Shown: positions 1 to 13,344 of the stretch, one piece after another
How the letters are laid out: each line of letters starts with the position of its first letter
Position numbering within the stretch: the stretch's first letter is position 1
Origin: Lytechinus pictus
Lineage: Eukaryota
Direction of reading: 5' to 3'
DNA length: 64,000 nucleotides
Assembly (NCBI RefSeq): GCF_037042905.1
Contig: NC_087246.1
Coordinates: 23,684,001-23,748,000 of the forward strand
Notes under the pieces: model-generated
Database searches by the model: none
Told to the model about the DNA's origin: nothing
The model's input: only the letters and a program-made list of their open reading frames with translations
Made by a program: the position numbers and the translations under genes

Positions 1-2279
1 CATTTACCATTTTGCACTTGCATCAGAGCATAAAAAGGGGAAAGTATAGGTCTTACATAATGATTATTATATTAACCATCACAATAAGATGCGTAGGTTC
101 TGTAATTATGTCGGTAAGAATGAGAACAGTCCTGTTCCCAAGTACAAGAAACCAATAGAGAGTTTATAAGCTGATAATAAACGCCAAAAAACACTTCTTT
201 TTTTACTATGTTTATTTATGGCATGCATAAACTAAGTAGATCGTCGTTTCTTTATGAAAAAAATACTTTGATAACCCACATCAATCATTAGTGCATTTAG
301 ATTTCAAAACACTCTATATTAGTGATTGGTAATTCCGTTTAATAACTAGTAATAACTGTTCAATAAAATGCAAGTATTCTCAACGAAAGTTTTCTTAACG
401 TTTAAATCTGCCGAAGATATGTCTATTATGTTTTCAATTAATTCAACATTATTTCATACTGAAAGTGAAACGACCAACTTTTAATGTGCTAGTTCACCCT
501 TGACTATCATCAATCACTTTGTTTGATTTATCTGAATAATTAATACTTTTGATTTGAATGGTATGATACCATTGTTGATATAGAGCTTATCATAAGATTT
601 CTAAGAGGTCATTTCTTTTTTCAAAGACCAGTGATCGAAACTTGATTTGAATTATTGAGTCAAGAGTAGAGTGATATGTTGGAAGTTTCGACGGTAGTTA
701 GCTTGGTATCTTACATTATTTGGAGCCCAACTTATGAATGGCCAATGTCCCCTGCTGACTACCCCATATTCTTTGTGTATTTTTTGTATATATTTGAAAA
801 TGCTTGTTTTACGACAATTAAAAATAAACAAAATGAATAAATGGCCATGATGACTGCTTTGGTTGGATAAGGACGCGTGATATCTATGTAAATGGACATA
901 CTAGCGGTGTATACTCGGGGGCCATTTTGTCACGATACAAAAGCCCGGAACAAAAGCGTACAACTATTTCCCCAAACAACAAAAATAAATGGAAAGTACA
1001 GTTGAATCATAACTATTCGACACTTACAGCAGCTGCGAACAAATAGCGTCATCTCGAGTCCTCAACTACTCATACCTGCATGGCCAGTGTCCTGACCCAT
1101 AATGCTAGTGTAGTCTAGTAATATAGACCCACTTGAATGATAACATGCTAATTTACTACTCGATACATTTATTCCGCAATAATTATATTACCAAGTAGCA
1201 AAACAATTACTTTTCCTCTCAAAACATTTTAGTTTCTCTATACAAAATACAATTATAGGTCAATTTATTCTCTGTAGTATTAGTATATATCTGAAAACGT
1301 ATATTTTAAGACTATGTATTTATAACACAGTCAATGAGAGACCACACGCAGTTCACTCCCCCTTTAAAACGTATCATAAAATGAGTGAATACAAGGTTAA
1401 AATGACAAAATATAGCGAATGCAAGACAGAGTTCAAATAGATAGAAACCATGCAAAAAGCAATAATCACTTTTATGGTTTTAATATTAGTTTGATCAACG
1501 GATGCACTCAGAACGAAAGAAAATAAAACAGACATTGCGGAATAATGAAATGAGGACAAGAACATCCGGCATCATTACACAAGGGCGGCCGTATGATATT
1601 TGATAAGTAGGAGTCCAAGACGATTTAAACTGCTACAGATGACAACATGTCAAATGAATTACAAACTCTTCTTCTATCTTAATTTTTATCTCTCTTTTTT
1701 TTTCTTACATGTTCCCCAACTACTTGCAAAAAAAAACACATCGGGGGATGTCACCCCTGCCTCCTCTTTGGCGCCTCCCCGTCATTACATTGTTGCATTA
1801 TTAGCCCACAAATACAACATAAATGTACAGCGTTATTTGTCTCTTCTTGATACGATGAAATCTTTCAATCATATCTTGTCCATCAGCCAATCAAAATTGG
1901 TTGCTTGAATATGTAAATATTGAAAACTATACCATTGCTACGTGGTCGAGTCCCGTATGCCATATATATTTTTCGGATTAAGCATGTTAAGCCGTATCAA
2001 CGTTTCACATGACCATCAATCTATCTTTTACTACTTCAAAGTCGAAACTACGGGACAATGCAGAGCACTTCATATCATCAAACAATTTGTTTTTGTATCA
2101 AGAATATTGACTGATAAAAAATAATGTATCATATTCATTTTATGAGCTTTTTGCTTCCTTAAGTGATTATCTAGCTGGTATAAAACCAATAAAGGCCTAT
2201 TTTAGAAACTTATTTTGTCATGTTGTGGATCAATGACGAGAACCTCCGTCGTATCAGATTGTCATACCAAAACCTGAAG

Positions 2280-2397
2280 ATGGAGATGCGTCTCAAGGTA
2301 TTGCTGGTCGTCTTTTTCATATCGAGACCGGTCAGTGTGTCCAGTTGGGAAAACTCTCAGACCTGGAGATCCGAAGAGCCCAAGAGATATGCCAAAG
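2280..2397 (+). CDS. Gene A exon 1: signal peptide of WSC-domain type I membrane protein
   Basis: ATG 2280 gives MEMRLKVLLVVFFISRPVSVSS (basic then hydrophobic, signal-like); ends AAA G|gttagt, phase 1. An in-frame upstream ATG at 2220 is an alternative start. Confidence 0.7.
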
Positions 2398-3997
2398 GTT
2401 AGTTCATGGAATGGGTTACTATCACTTAGGTCAGTCTACTTGTCTTTTGGTCTACACTTCCTAAGCACACTCCTGTCAGAGTGAGAAGAGGGAACCAGTC
2501 CTGAGTGAATGAAATTTCAATCTTTCAAGAGTGATTTATTACATTTTTTTGGAGTGAAAGTGTAAGATGCACACTTTCACTCCAAAAAAGGAAAAAATCT
2601 TTCTTGAAAGATTAAAATCTCATCCCATCGGGACTGGTCCTTCATCTCCTCCGAGAAGAGGCTGATTAGGGACCAAATTAGCTCTTTTGCATTTAGAGAG
2701 CTTTTTATAGTTTAATTCTTAATTATTCTGATAGGAGGTTCAATGTCCACTCCATCTGCTTATTTTTGTTTATGGCTTAGTCAAAATAAATTTTAGTTCA
2801 TAAACTGTTCATCGAGCAATATGGGGCATTGTAAGAAACATGCGATCAATTACAAGTTTATCTTTATCCCTAATTCAATCATAAGTTTTTAACATTTGAG
2901 ATTTTGCAATTGATTTCTAATATCCTTCATGAAATAAGCCGTGTAAACTGATTTGCTACTGTTAAAATTTATCTATCTTTTTCGAAATTGCAGCAGAATA
3001 TTTGCAATTGATTGCAAATATTTTCTTGCTACACCCCCTAAGTGGTGTAAAGATCAGTTGGATATTAGACGAAATGTGTATAGCCAAGCTGGAAGTAAAT
3101 CGACAAATGGTAATTAGGCAGAATGGCAAAAGACATTCAAATGCTCATAAATTTCTTATTGCTTTTCCAATTTCACTCAAACTTTCTTTGAATTTATTCA
3201 TCTTCATTTCTGCTTTCACACAAACTAGTCTCAATGGTTTTATTCTCATTCGAGGACATTGGTTCTGATACCATATAGTTTTTTTAACGGTGTGGTAGAA
3301 CATGAATACCAAAATTTATTTGGATTAAGCTCAAACGTAGATGGACGTAGATGGACAGTGTTTCACACTGTTAGAAGTAATAATGACCCATAAGGCCATG
3401 TCACATCCTGCTGTCCGATGATAAGTATATTAGAAATGAAATGAAAATCAAAGAAATGGTTGCATAGGCCTTACATTAATTTTATTTGACTTTTTTTTCA
3501 AAATTCATCTTTTATAAAGACATATCTATATACATCTAAATTTCATGGCAAGTAAAAATTGAATTTCCGAAAATCGAACAGCATATGTCGCAATGGCGTA
3601 CAGAGGGGGGGGGGGGGGGGGGGCTTGGGGCGCTTCTTCCCCCCCCCAAAAAAAAAAAAATCACGACCAAGAAACAAAGAGAAAATGAAAGAAAGAAGGG
3701 TGATATATGATACTGTTCTCTGAATATTATGTCAATATCTATCACAAAATTTTATTTTTTGAAATGAAAATGTCGAAATTTTGCTCGCTCACTTCTCTCA
3801 CTCGCAACTTTTTGTAAATTTCACGTGATGCGCCAAATCTAGCCCCCTCAAAATTTTGGCTCATCACATCACTGTCCAAAAACCATCACTCTAAGAAAAA
3901 GTTGTATTAGTGACAACCTTTTCCAAATGTTATCTCCAACATTGCATAAAGCTGAATCAAAAAATGTAAGTGCTGGTAGAACGTTTTTAAAAGGGTA

Positions 3998-4252
3998 CAC
4001 TGTAAAAACAAATATTGGGTAAAACTTTAACTAGCACGAGGGTAATTATGTTTCCAACCAATTATGGGCAGTATTTTAACCAATGCGGGAAGCATAATTG
4101 TCCAGTAAGGTTAAAAATAAGCAGCAATTATTTTAGAATGGGCAAACTATTCATCACGCTGGATAAATAAAAAAGCCCAAAAGATATGCCCAATGTTGGT
4201 TGGACACATATTTACCCTCATGGAGCATTTTTACCCAATACTTTTTAGAGTG
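3998..4252. mobile_element. CACT-ended MITE
   Basis: cactgtaaaaacaaatattgggtaaaa ... ttttacccaatactttttagagtg inverted ends; related sequence at ~7115-7340. Confidence 0.6.
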
Positions 4253-4360
4253 TAAATGCAACAGTCGGAAAAGGTTGTCACTCCTACAACCTTGTAAATG
4301 TTGATTTAACATTTCATTTTTTTTAGAGTAGATCATTGTCTTTGCTTTTCAACTTTTCAG

Positions 4361-4636
4361 ATGGTGATTTCGTCGGATGCTTTTCCCAAAGCTGCCTGAT
4401 CTCCGATTACAATTTGCAGAGCACAGTTCACATGACGCCAGATCTATGTACCAATAGTTGCAAAGCCAGAAGGTTCCCGTATGCAGCGGTGTTCAATTTT
4501 ACGGAATGCTCTTGTGCATGCGAGCTAACCTGTTCATCACAAGACAGAGATTGGGACCACGGGAGATGCGGGTTGCCCTGCAAACAAGATCAGGATAGAT
4601 TCTGTGGCGGTTTTATTGCTGCTGACGTCTACAAAG
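4361..4636 (+). CDS. Gene A exon 2: WSC domain 1
   Basis: ttttcag| acceptor, G|gtaaga donor, 276 nt, phase 1-1. FVGCF...MTPDLCTNSC...YAAV...ECSC...CGLPC.....FCGG....VY matches the WSC Cys pattern. Confidence 0.9.
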
Positions 4637-4647
4637 GTAAGAATGCA

Positions 4648-4890
4648 TGATGGTGGTGGTGGCGATGATGATAATGATGATGGTGATGATAAAAATGATT
4701 ATCATTATTATCATAACAATAACAACAACAGCAATTACAACAACAATAATAATAACAATCATCATCATTGTCATTATAATTTATTATATCAACAACAACA
4801 ATAATATATATGATGATTATATTAATGATAACAATTATAATAATAATGATAATAATAATTATGACAACAATAATGATGATAATAATTTAT
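4648..4890. repeat. Compound (GAT/AAT/AAC)n microsatellite
   Basis: Directly visible just 3' of the exon 2 donor; explains the low-complexity ORFs 4604 and 4647. Confidence 0.9.
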
Positions 4891-5184
4891 AGCAAAAATA
4901 CCCAAATTTACAAAGCGTTGAAAATAATCTGATTATGGAAAAAAAATTGTATCTATACGTTTGTTTCCTACGTTCTATTTATTCGTTTGGCTAAGGAAAA
5001 TATTCTGGGGAATCATTTCTTCGTTTTATGCTCTTGAGTTTGTTAAACATATCATGATGATATTGCTTATCGCAGGTTCTAAATCGTAGCTTCATCATCT
5101 CTGCATAGATATCAAACAAACAACAACGTGGAACTAATAAGACCTATGTATCACTTTTCCTGATACATTTTTCATAACTTGCAG

Positions 5185-5253
5185 TGTACCTTCACAGTTC
5201 TCCGAATATAGAATGTAACCGCATTATTCCAACTGATCATGAACCCGAAAAAG
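5185..5253 (+). CDS. Gene A exon 3: linker micro-exon (VYLHSSPNIECNRIIPTDHEPEK)
   Basis: cttgcag| acceptor, AAG|gtatgt donor, 69 nt, phase 1-1, open frame, one Cys. Confidence 0.7.
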
Positions 5254-5566
5254 GTATGTAGTGATATTTCTGGGGGTTATGTTTGTAGGGTAAAGTTATT
5301 CTCACCGATAAAAGGTTTTTCAGATACCTATTATAAGGTATCAGGACAAAAATTGGTCGCATATACTTTAATGATCATTGACCATTTTATGTTTGCTGAA
5401 GTCCAGACAATGTAATTAAACGTTGGGAATGGGAACGAATGAAATGGCAAGTTTATATCACATGACCTATTGGAAGGCTGCTCTCATGTAAATCTTTTTT
5501 TTTCAACAAATTTTACAAATCCATAACGTAGTTATTCTTTGACGAACTTTCGCCAAACCTTCAACA

Positions 5567-5804
5567 ATGGGTGATTTTAACTCTAGTGTTGACCTATTGG
5601 TGTTGGTGTTAGGTCAATTTTAACACGAGCATAACACCAAACATAACATGAAGATGGTCCTGAAAATTCACTCACTAGTTGTTGAGATGTCAATAGTGTG
5701 ATCTGGTTCAGTTTTACAAACTCAGAATAGTGTTTGGAGCTAGGGGAAGCAATCCAAATTCCAACACCAACACCAACGCCAACACCGGAGTTGAAATCAC
5801 CCAA
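5567..5804. mobile_element. MITE
   Basis: tgggtgattttaactctagtgttg ... caacaccggagttgaaatcaccca inverted termini. Confidence 0.65.
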
Positions 5805-6251
5805 TGTGTATATTGTGGATATTCTGCCATTTATTAAAGCAAGTTTTACAACATGGAAGCACTCCCTTAACTAAATGTCACTGACAATGTATTGATTGCA
5901 AACTGTGGGCTAAAAATTAAATGATATTAATATCAAACGGGGATTGATATATAGGTTCGTAGTCTTAACCTTTCTCATATGGGGATTTGAAATTTAGGAG
6001 AGTGATATTCAATTCATACAAAAACAAGTTTCGGAAGCTTTTTAGGTTCATGGGATTAGATAGGGAATTGCAATATAAAGAATTTAGCGGTATTTGAAAA
6101 TGAAAATCTATATTTTATTGCTTAATCTCTGAAATAGAAGTACTACGAAAATTCATTTTCCCCCATTAACTTCTGCCCGGCAGCCACTTTGCAGCGCCAG
6201 ATCCAAACAGGGTAGCAGCATCTCCCATCTCTAACGAAGCCGGGTCGTTTG

Positions 6252-6411
6252 CAGGGGCCGCGGAAGCGGGGGGGGGGGCTGGGGGGGGGGGGGCTTCAGC
6301 CCCCCACTTTTTTCCAAAACCGTGTACAAAATCGTAAAAATTACCATATGATTGTGATTTTTTGCATGGTCAGCCCCCCCCCACACTTTGAAAACCGTTC
6401 CGCGGCCCCTG
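6252..6411. mobile_element. Poly-G/poly-C MITE (CAGGGGCCGCGG TIR); inverted copy at 13521-13664
   Basis: caggggccgcggaa ... ttccgcggcccctg; the internal sequence recurs in reverse complement just 3' of gene A. Confidence 0.8.
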
Positions 6412-6776
6412 CTTTTTGTCTGACGCGCATGGGGCTCGCACTCCCGACCTTCCGATAGTGAGACGGACTCTCTACAAACTGAGCAAACACACCGGTCACA
6501 ACTTTGCATTTGTGGCGAAAATGGTTAAAACACAGATTATTTTAAACCAACAAGAATTATCATTGAGAGTGGGTAGATAGCAATTACCTCTTATACACTA
6601 CCTTTTGGTAAAATAAATAATTGTGTATGTTTAAAAAAATGTGTCCCATATAAGCAATTATGGAGAAAATCTCTCTTTTTTTTTTTTATTCACAACAGGA
6701 ATTTTAGCCCTCAGTAGGCCTACATTCGGGATAATTTCATGAGAGTTTGTGTTTACATTTATTTCTTTGTGATTAG

Positions 6777-7049
6777 ATTTCGAATACAAGGGGTGTTACG
6801 CGCAGTCGTGCATGGAATTTGATTACACTTTCAATACGACAGATTTCGAGAATGATCCCTCATCTTGCAGCGGTGCATGTCGGGAAGGCGGATTTCCAGT
6901 TGCGTCACTCTACAACCGATCGTTATGCTCTTGTTCATGTACGCATGCATGCACCAACTTTGTCTTGCCCGAGGAGTACTGTGGATTGCCATGTCCAGGG
7001 GATTCATTTAAAGCTTGCGGTGGTTTTACAAGTGTTTCTGTATACAGAG
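6777..7049 (+). CDS. Gene A exon 4: WSC domain 2
   Basis: Pyrimidine tract + gattag| acceptor, G|gtaaat donor, 273 nt, phase 1-1. YKGCY...CSGAC...LCSCSC...CGLPCPGD...CGG...VSVY parallels exon 2. Confidence 0.9.
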
Positions 7050-7915
7050 GTAAATCATTGACCCTAGCCAAACTTACAAAAAAAATGGTATTCATATACG
7101 GTATGATCAACCTACACTCTTAAAATTGTTGGGGGAAAAACGCCCTGCTTTTAACCAACCCTGGGCAACATAATACTGTCCACACAACTATTCGTTAAAG
7201 TCTTCCCAAATTGGGTAATAAAAACTAAAAATTGGGTAATAAATTTGCTCAATTGGATATTAATTTCCCAGAATATAAATATTTTTAACAACATACATTA
7301 CCCAACACAGTGGACAGTATGTTGCCCAACGTTTTAAGTGTGTAACCTGGGCTAACAGTAAACATGATCGGTAGTACTGAGCTGTTAGCAGGCATACACT
7401 GTAAAACTTCCACGGCCCCTGATGAAATATTGTTTTATCAAAGGAAAAATGATAACAGTCCCGCTGCCAAAATGACTACAGGCATAGAGGTGGAATTATG
7501 TTGAATTCGGTTTTCATTTTATTTTATTTTTGCAATTGTGGCAATTAGCAGATGATTAATCACTTTCTTATCATTTTTTAATCATTCGTGATTCCCGTGA
7601 TTTTTTCATAGTTCATGAGCAGATGAATATTCTCGATTCCAACGATTTATTTGTTTATATTTAGTCTTTCCTTTTATTATTATCATTATTATCATTATGA
7701 CAAGTATTTATTGTTGCTGTTGTAATTATAAGTATTATCAAACTTATGATTTGTCATATTTTGTTATTATCAATATATTTAATGTTTAGTGCTATCTTTT
7801 TCTATTATCTTTATAATTGTCATCATCATTATCATCTTTAACATGAGGACTATTATCATTAATTGTTATCATTATTATTAATACATTGTCCATGAATTCC
7901 ACATTTCTTGAACAG

Positions 7916-7972
7916 TGAAGACTGTAAACACATCATATACTCCCTGTTCGAAACCAGACAGTTTACTCACCG
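7916..7972 (+). CDS. Gene A exon 5: linker micro-exon (VKTVNTSYTPCSKPDSLLT)
   Basis: ttcttgaacag| acceptor, G|gtaagt donor, 57 nt, phase 1-1, one Cys; mirrors exon 3. Confidence 0.7.
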
Positions 7973-8848
7973 GTAAGTACCAGCAATTATCTTTTTTCTG
8001 AAATAATGAATGTAATCATTTTCATCATGTTCTAGTTTATAATTCAATATAGCCAAAAGTTCAGTCAGTTACCGATGTGGCTTATCATGGTATAGATCAC
8101 AATGGCCAATTTTTATATGACTGCTAGCCCTACAATACCACTACTGCTGCTGCTGCTGTTGCGGCCGCTGCTACCGCTACTATTGCTACTTCTTCTTCTT
8201 CTTCTTCTTCGTCTCGGGTCACTACATTAGTCCTGTCCAATTGAGTATACAAGATCTGGCTTTGGAGTGAGAGACTCCAGATCTTTGGCAATGCATGGCT
8301 ATGGTATAGGAGGGGCAGACTAAAAGGTATTACATGGTCTGGTCCCGGGGGGGGGGTGTAATAAATTTAAAAAATATAATGGGCCGCAGTCGAAACCTCC
8401 ATTTTCAGTCTAAATTTCCGTTCCAGAGCATTGCAAACTTAAAAAGACATTTCTATTTTTCCCCGTTCCGGAGGCCCTCAAATTTGGTTTCTCGTTACAG
8501 TGCCCGCTCAGACTCAGCGGAGCACAGTGGCAAATTGCGATCGACTGCGTTCAACGACAGCCAAAGCTCTGCGCAGCGATCCGGAGGCCGCTGATTGGTT
8601 CATCGCGCAGAAACGTCATGACCAATTTTATGCATATTCCTGCATGCAACGCTCCGAAACATAGAATTTACTATGATGCCGTTCAAGAGCATGGCATTTT
8701 CAGCAATTGTTGATACTAGAGCAGTTCTGGAGACACCCATTTTATGACCAAAGTTCAGTTCCAGAGCCCCCGATTTTCATTTTTTTGGTGCGGCACATAG
8801 GTATCATTTTATAATTCGAGTACTCCCGGGAGGGGGGAGTCAGGGGAT

Positions 8849-10186
8849 CTGGGCTCCGTAAAGCCCCTTTCACAATTGACGTACGACCTGTTTACGACCG
8901 CCTGCAACAGATTTTTCTTGTTGTTGCACGATCGATCTCTTGGTGTCTTGCGAGCACTCGCAGTGGTTGTAGACGAACGCACGAATTTGAGGTGGTCGGA
9001 GGTGGTCGTGACTGGTCGTATCTGAATCTGAACATGTTCAAAATCCAAACGCGATCAAATACGATTGGTTTACTCGCATCAGGTCGTACCATCGGTCGGG
9101 CGATCATCGTGTGAGTGTTGTTCAACGTTGTACGACTTGGTGCGAGAGGTGACACAACTACGTATAGTCGCATTTAGTCGACTGGAGGTCGTACAACACT
9201 TGCACATGCGCTAGATACCTACAGAGACCAGTCTTGCGACTGGTTGCGATAATATAAGACTGTTGCAAGACCGATCGAAATTACGGCTTACAACATTCCA
9301 CTACCGTTGCATTCGCATGTATGCGACCGTACAGCCCCTTTCACAATTGACATCCGACCAGTTTACGACCGCCTGCAACAGTTTTTTTCTGCTGTTGCAC
9401 GATCGATCTCTTGGTGACTTGCGAGCACTCGCAGTCGTTGTAGACGGTCGCACGAACTCGAGGTGGTCGTGACTGGTCACATCTGAACTTTGAACATGTT
9501 CAAAATCCGAACGCGATCAAATACGACCGATTCACTCGCATCAGCTCGTATCCGGGGTCGTACCATCGGTCGGGCGATCATCGTGGGAGTGTTGTTCAAC
9601 GTTGCACGACTTGGTGCGAGAGGTGGCACAACTAAGTAGTCGCATTTACTCTACTGGAGGTCGTACAACACTTGCACATGTGCTAGCGACCTACATGTAC
9701 AGAGACCTGTCTTGCGACTGGGTGCGATAATATGATGTGCCATAAGACTGTTGCAAGACCGATCGCAACGGCTTACAACATTGCACTACCGTTGTGTGCG
9801 ACCGTTCCCCTCGCAATCCCTCGTGCAACACTCGCATGTGATCGCACGAGCACAATAGGATCATAATCGACTTACTCGTGCAACGGGTTTTACTGGTTGT
9901 TTTTGTTGTACGGCAGCTGTTGCAACTGTGAAAGCCTATGTGCGATATTATGAGATGACTGGCGATTGATGCCTGTTGCAGCCTGTCGCACGACCAAAAG
10001 GTCGCAAGTGGTCGTACGTCAATTGTGAAAGAGGCTTAACACATACATAAGCGATCAATCGCTTAATGGACTGACAATCAAGGTCAATGTTACACGCGCA
10101 TTTGGTTTAAAATATTGACCAGGAACCAATCTGAAGTATTTTTTCATATTTGCTATTCATCGCTAAGCTTTGTGTTACGGGGCCCA
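8849..10186. mobile_element. MITE (GGGCCCCGTAACAC-type TIR) split by the 8862-10036 insertion
   Basis: ctgggctccgtaa|cac... on the left and tttgtgttacggggcccag on the right are inverted repeats once the insert is removed. Confidence 0.65.
8862..10036. mobile_element. Non-autonomous Harbinger-type element with TAA TSD and internal ~470-bp duplication
   Basis: TIRs AGCCCCTTTCACAATTGACGTACGACC / GGTCGTACGTCAATTGTGAAAGAGGCT; TAA at 8859-8861 and 10037-10039; 8862-9330 is repeated at 9332-9800. Confidence 0.88.
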
Positions 10187-10252
10187 GGTCCTCCCAACAG
10201 TCGCAGACAGTGTCTTCATCTCTACTGTAGTCCCATATCTGCATATCTTCTT

Positions 10253-10515
10253 ACACTCTAAAGGCAAAATAGCTAATCTGGTCCCTAATCACACTCCTAT
10301 CAGACGAGGGACCACTCGTTTTGGAGTGGGATTAACATCTTTTGAGAGTGCATTATATCTCCTTCCGAGTGAACAGTGTATATTTTAGACATCTTCACTC
10401 CAGAAGTAGCTATAATCCACTCTCATAAGATTTAAATCCCACTTCAAAATTATTGGTCCCTCTCACTCTGTGAGAGGAGTGTCATTGGGGACCGGATAAG
10501 TTCTTTTGCAAATAG
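10253..10515. mobile_element. CACT-ended MITE, related copy at ~2455-2700
   Basis: cactctaaaggcaaaatagctaatctggtccctaatcacactcct...gggaccggataagttcttttgca shares blocks with 2455-2700. Confidence 0.55.
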
Positions 10516-11878
10516 GCTGAAAGGGCTTGCACCGTCCTATTCCATTCTGTTGTCGGTTAAGACTTTTATAATTGGCCTTCGTCACCGTCTTGAACCAGGA
10601 TGGGGGGAATGATTCACTCGGTCAGTAGCAGAGCTTGTGCGTCACAGATTCAAGGTGGTTTCATGGACCACAGAGGCCTGGTGATCCTTTGACTGTGTGC
10701 AGAGCCATCAAGAGATTCAGTCGAGTGAAAAGAACTATTTCTAGATTTGAATCTCCTTTGTCAGGTTCATGGTTGAAGGGTTAATATAGTGTGTTAACTT
10801 CTTGCTTGTTTTTTTTTTACTATCCGTGCTGATACTTCTCTTCTGATGTGTGGTGTGGGCAATACTGCATAGTAGGTAAAGATTGTCTATTCTTGTTGAT
10901 CGCAGAGAGCGAGTGATTGATCTGCAAGCAGCATTCAGGACTGGGTCAATCTTTGCAGCATGGGGGTGACCTGCACTAGACGGGAGCTGTGTACTCAGCA
11001 GCGTATATAGCATAGAGCAAGAGCTGTGGTACGGATAGTTTTGGCATCTGTTCCTCATCGTGTGTTGGCAAGCTGCTTCATAATGATGTTCCTTGCTCCA
11101 TGCAGATTTTTTTTGTTTTTCGTAGCAATATGTTCTTTGTAGGTAAAGAAACGGATCTAGAGTGACGTCGGGGTAGATTTGCTTCCTGGTGTGTTTAGAT
11201 TATTTTCCATACCATCCGCCCTTCGGTTACCGGTCTGCGTGAAAGACGTTGAGTTGGCTTTCTCTGGATTCGGCCGGAGATGATTTGCAGCAAAGTAAGG
11301 ATAGAGTCAAACTTGCCAGAGTATCATTGAGTGCTTTTTCCACCTCTTCAAAGGATTGCTTCTGCGAGGCAATGCAGAGGTCATCAGTATACAGGTAGCT
11401 CTAATTGGTTAGTCGTTCGTGCAGATGTTAAAACAGGAGTGCATGGGGAGAGGACGCTTCCCTTTTTTAGACCATTTTTTCTGCCTCCGCCATCTGCTGC
11501 GAGAAACACTGAGATTCACAAAGAACCGCCTTTCTGAGGGCGATTTCTGGATCAGCTACTTTAGCATGACTTCCTTCGTAATCTCAAAAACCTTCCTTTT
11601 GAGGATCCTATGATTAAATGTATCATGGGCTGCAAAGCGGTCAAGAAAAGCTGCTCCAGTTACCAGCCCTTCCTCATAACCATCTTCGATGCACTGTGTC
11701 AGATTCAGCAGTTGACCAGTACAAGACATTCCTGGCGAAAATGTTAAATGCAATTAATTAGCGATGATTATGGTACAAGCATTTCCGTAAATGGAAAAAA
11801 GATTAATGAAAGTATTTTTTCCCATATTTTCCTATCTTTCTGTCCATCTAACCATATTTTCTTTTATTTTTGTTATAG

Positions 11879-13344
11879 ATAAAAGTGAGCGAAAGAGAAA
11901 CGTAGCCATCTACACGATAGTCACTTCAATCATAGTGATTGCCTTCATCATGCTTATTCTTTATGTGTGGCGAAAGAGGACCATCAAATCGCCTGTATCG
12001 AAGGGTAAGAGTAGCAGGTACTCTAACTTGAAAGTACGATATTGGGTACATTACCCAAAGAAGGGTAATCGATGCGACATTCAGCACAACGCGGTCTCTA
12101 GGCAGGATCAAGTGTCAACATCTATCTACCGTGAATTGGAACCTACATCATCAGGACAAGTAGGCCAAGCGCCACCAAGCGTCGAGAGAAATGACTTCCC
12201 TGGTGAGATCCGTTCTGAACTGAAATGGACTGCGGAGGGTCCCAACCAAATAAATTACGAATCTGTTGATACCTACCAGTATCCTGATCATATAATAGAC
12301 AGTGGAAGCAATACGGAGGATATTGATGGTCCACTGACAGGAAATGAGTATGACTACGTTGGCCTCAACTTTAAAGATATGCAAACGGAACACAGTCTGA
12401 CTTCAGAAAATCAGGTTCGGAAAAATATGTTACCTATGGTTCCAACTTACGATACTTCTATGAACCATTTAGCATTAATACATAGTTCAGACCTCAAAGA
12501 GGAGAGTAATCATAGAGAAAGTGACAACATTCAGAACTCTGAACAGTATGGAGCAGTTGGAAATCCAGTAAATCTTTCAGAAACTCTTGAAGATGCTACA
12601 TCAAACCTTTGTAATGACTTTCCTAAAACCTCCAGAGAGGTTTTTTATCAAGAACCTTGTCGTGTCGACGAAATTGTGAAAAATGATAGATCTGAAGCAC
12701 CTGAAGAAATCATTGAGCTAAATCAAGACGAAGCCACGTCGAACAGTCAGTTTGATGTACGGTCATTTCAAAATGGCACCTCTGATCAAACTGGCAACCA
12801 GAGTACAAAGACAGAACACGATGGTCATGTTTCCGAATTTCCTTTGCATAGCGATATTCACATGTATGACATTCGAATTAAAACTTCCCTCAATCCAGAT
12901 CAAACTGTAGCACCATGTGACAACCGCCAATCGTCAAAGCCACTACCCATTCAACAACTTTCTACCAACAAAAAACATTCGGTTGATGATGAAAGACAAG
13001 AATGTTCTGGAATAGCTGCAAAGGAATTCTGCCCAGAAGTTCATCACGTGCAAACTCCAATTGCAAGAGGTTCAAAAAAGAGTATATCTGGATCAGGTAA
13101 ACCGCCCAAGCCCCCACCGCCTCCTAAACGAGATCGTAAAGCAACTGCAGACACCAAGGGTTCAATGCCCGACATATCGCCTGAATGCTTCTACTCTGAG
13201 GCACATTATGGCCTTACCTCAATTGCATCCCTCTTAAAACATGAAAGACAACACGATTCACTTGAAAGCAGTCCAGTCGTAAGCCAATCCGGCGAGGACG
13301 GATACCTTATCCCTAAATCTCCTGAGGCAGCAATCAAGTATTAA
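11879..13344 (+). CDS. Gene A exon 6: TM helix plus ~455-aa cytoplasmic tail with tyrosine and proline-rich motifs
   Basis: ttttgttatag| phase-1 acceptor inside ORF 11791-13344. TM VAIYTIVTSIIVIAFIMLILYVW followed by RKR. Tail has SRYSNL, SIYREL, INYESV, NEYDYV, PPKPPPPPKR, DGYLIP. The six exons total 2259 nt with the frame intact. Confidence 0.85.

Larger units (their letters stand above)
8190..11750 (-). mobile_element. Fragmented non-LTR retrotransposon (I/Ingi group, Vingi-like) in gene A intron 5, interrupted by nested DNA elements
   Basis: 11753-11556 FSPGMSCTGQLLNLTQCIEDG...GAAFLD..AAHDTFNH; 11058-10860 HAAKIDPVLNAACRSIT; 10252-10187 MQIWDY...VCDC; 8335-8190 ORF end and (GAA)n tail. 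Clade assignment rests on recalled motifs. Confidence 0.75.

Noticed and set aside
250-750. Faint minus-strand similarity to a CR1-type ORF2 3' end
   Set aside because: Too decayed to support without an alignment.
4604-4892. Poly-N/D/H and poly-I/M ORFs
   Set aside because: Translations of a trinucleotide microsatellite.
11791-11878. ORF-track N-terminus MEKRLMKVFF... as the start of a stand-alone 517-aa protein
   Set aside because: This is the intronic pyrimidine tract ending in a good acceptor at 11878 whose phase matches the upstream exons.
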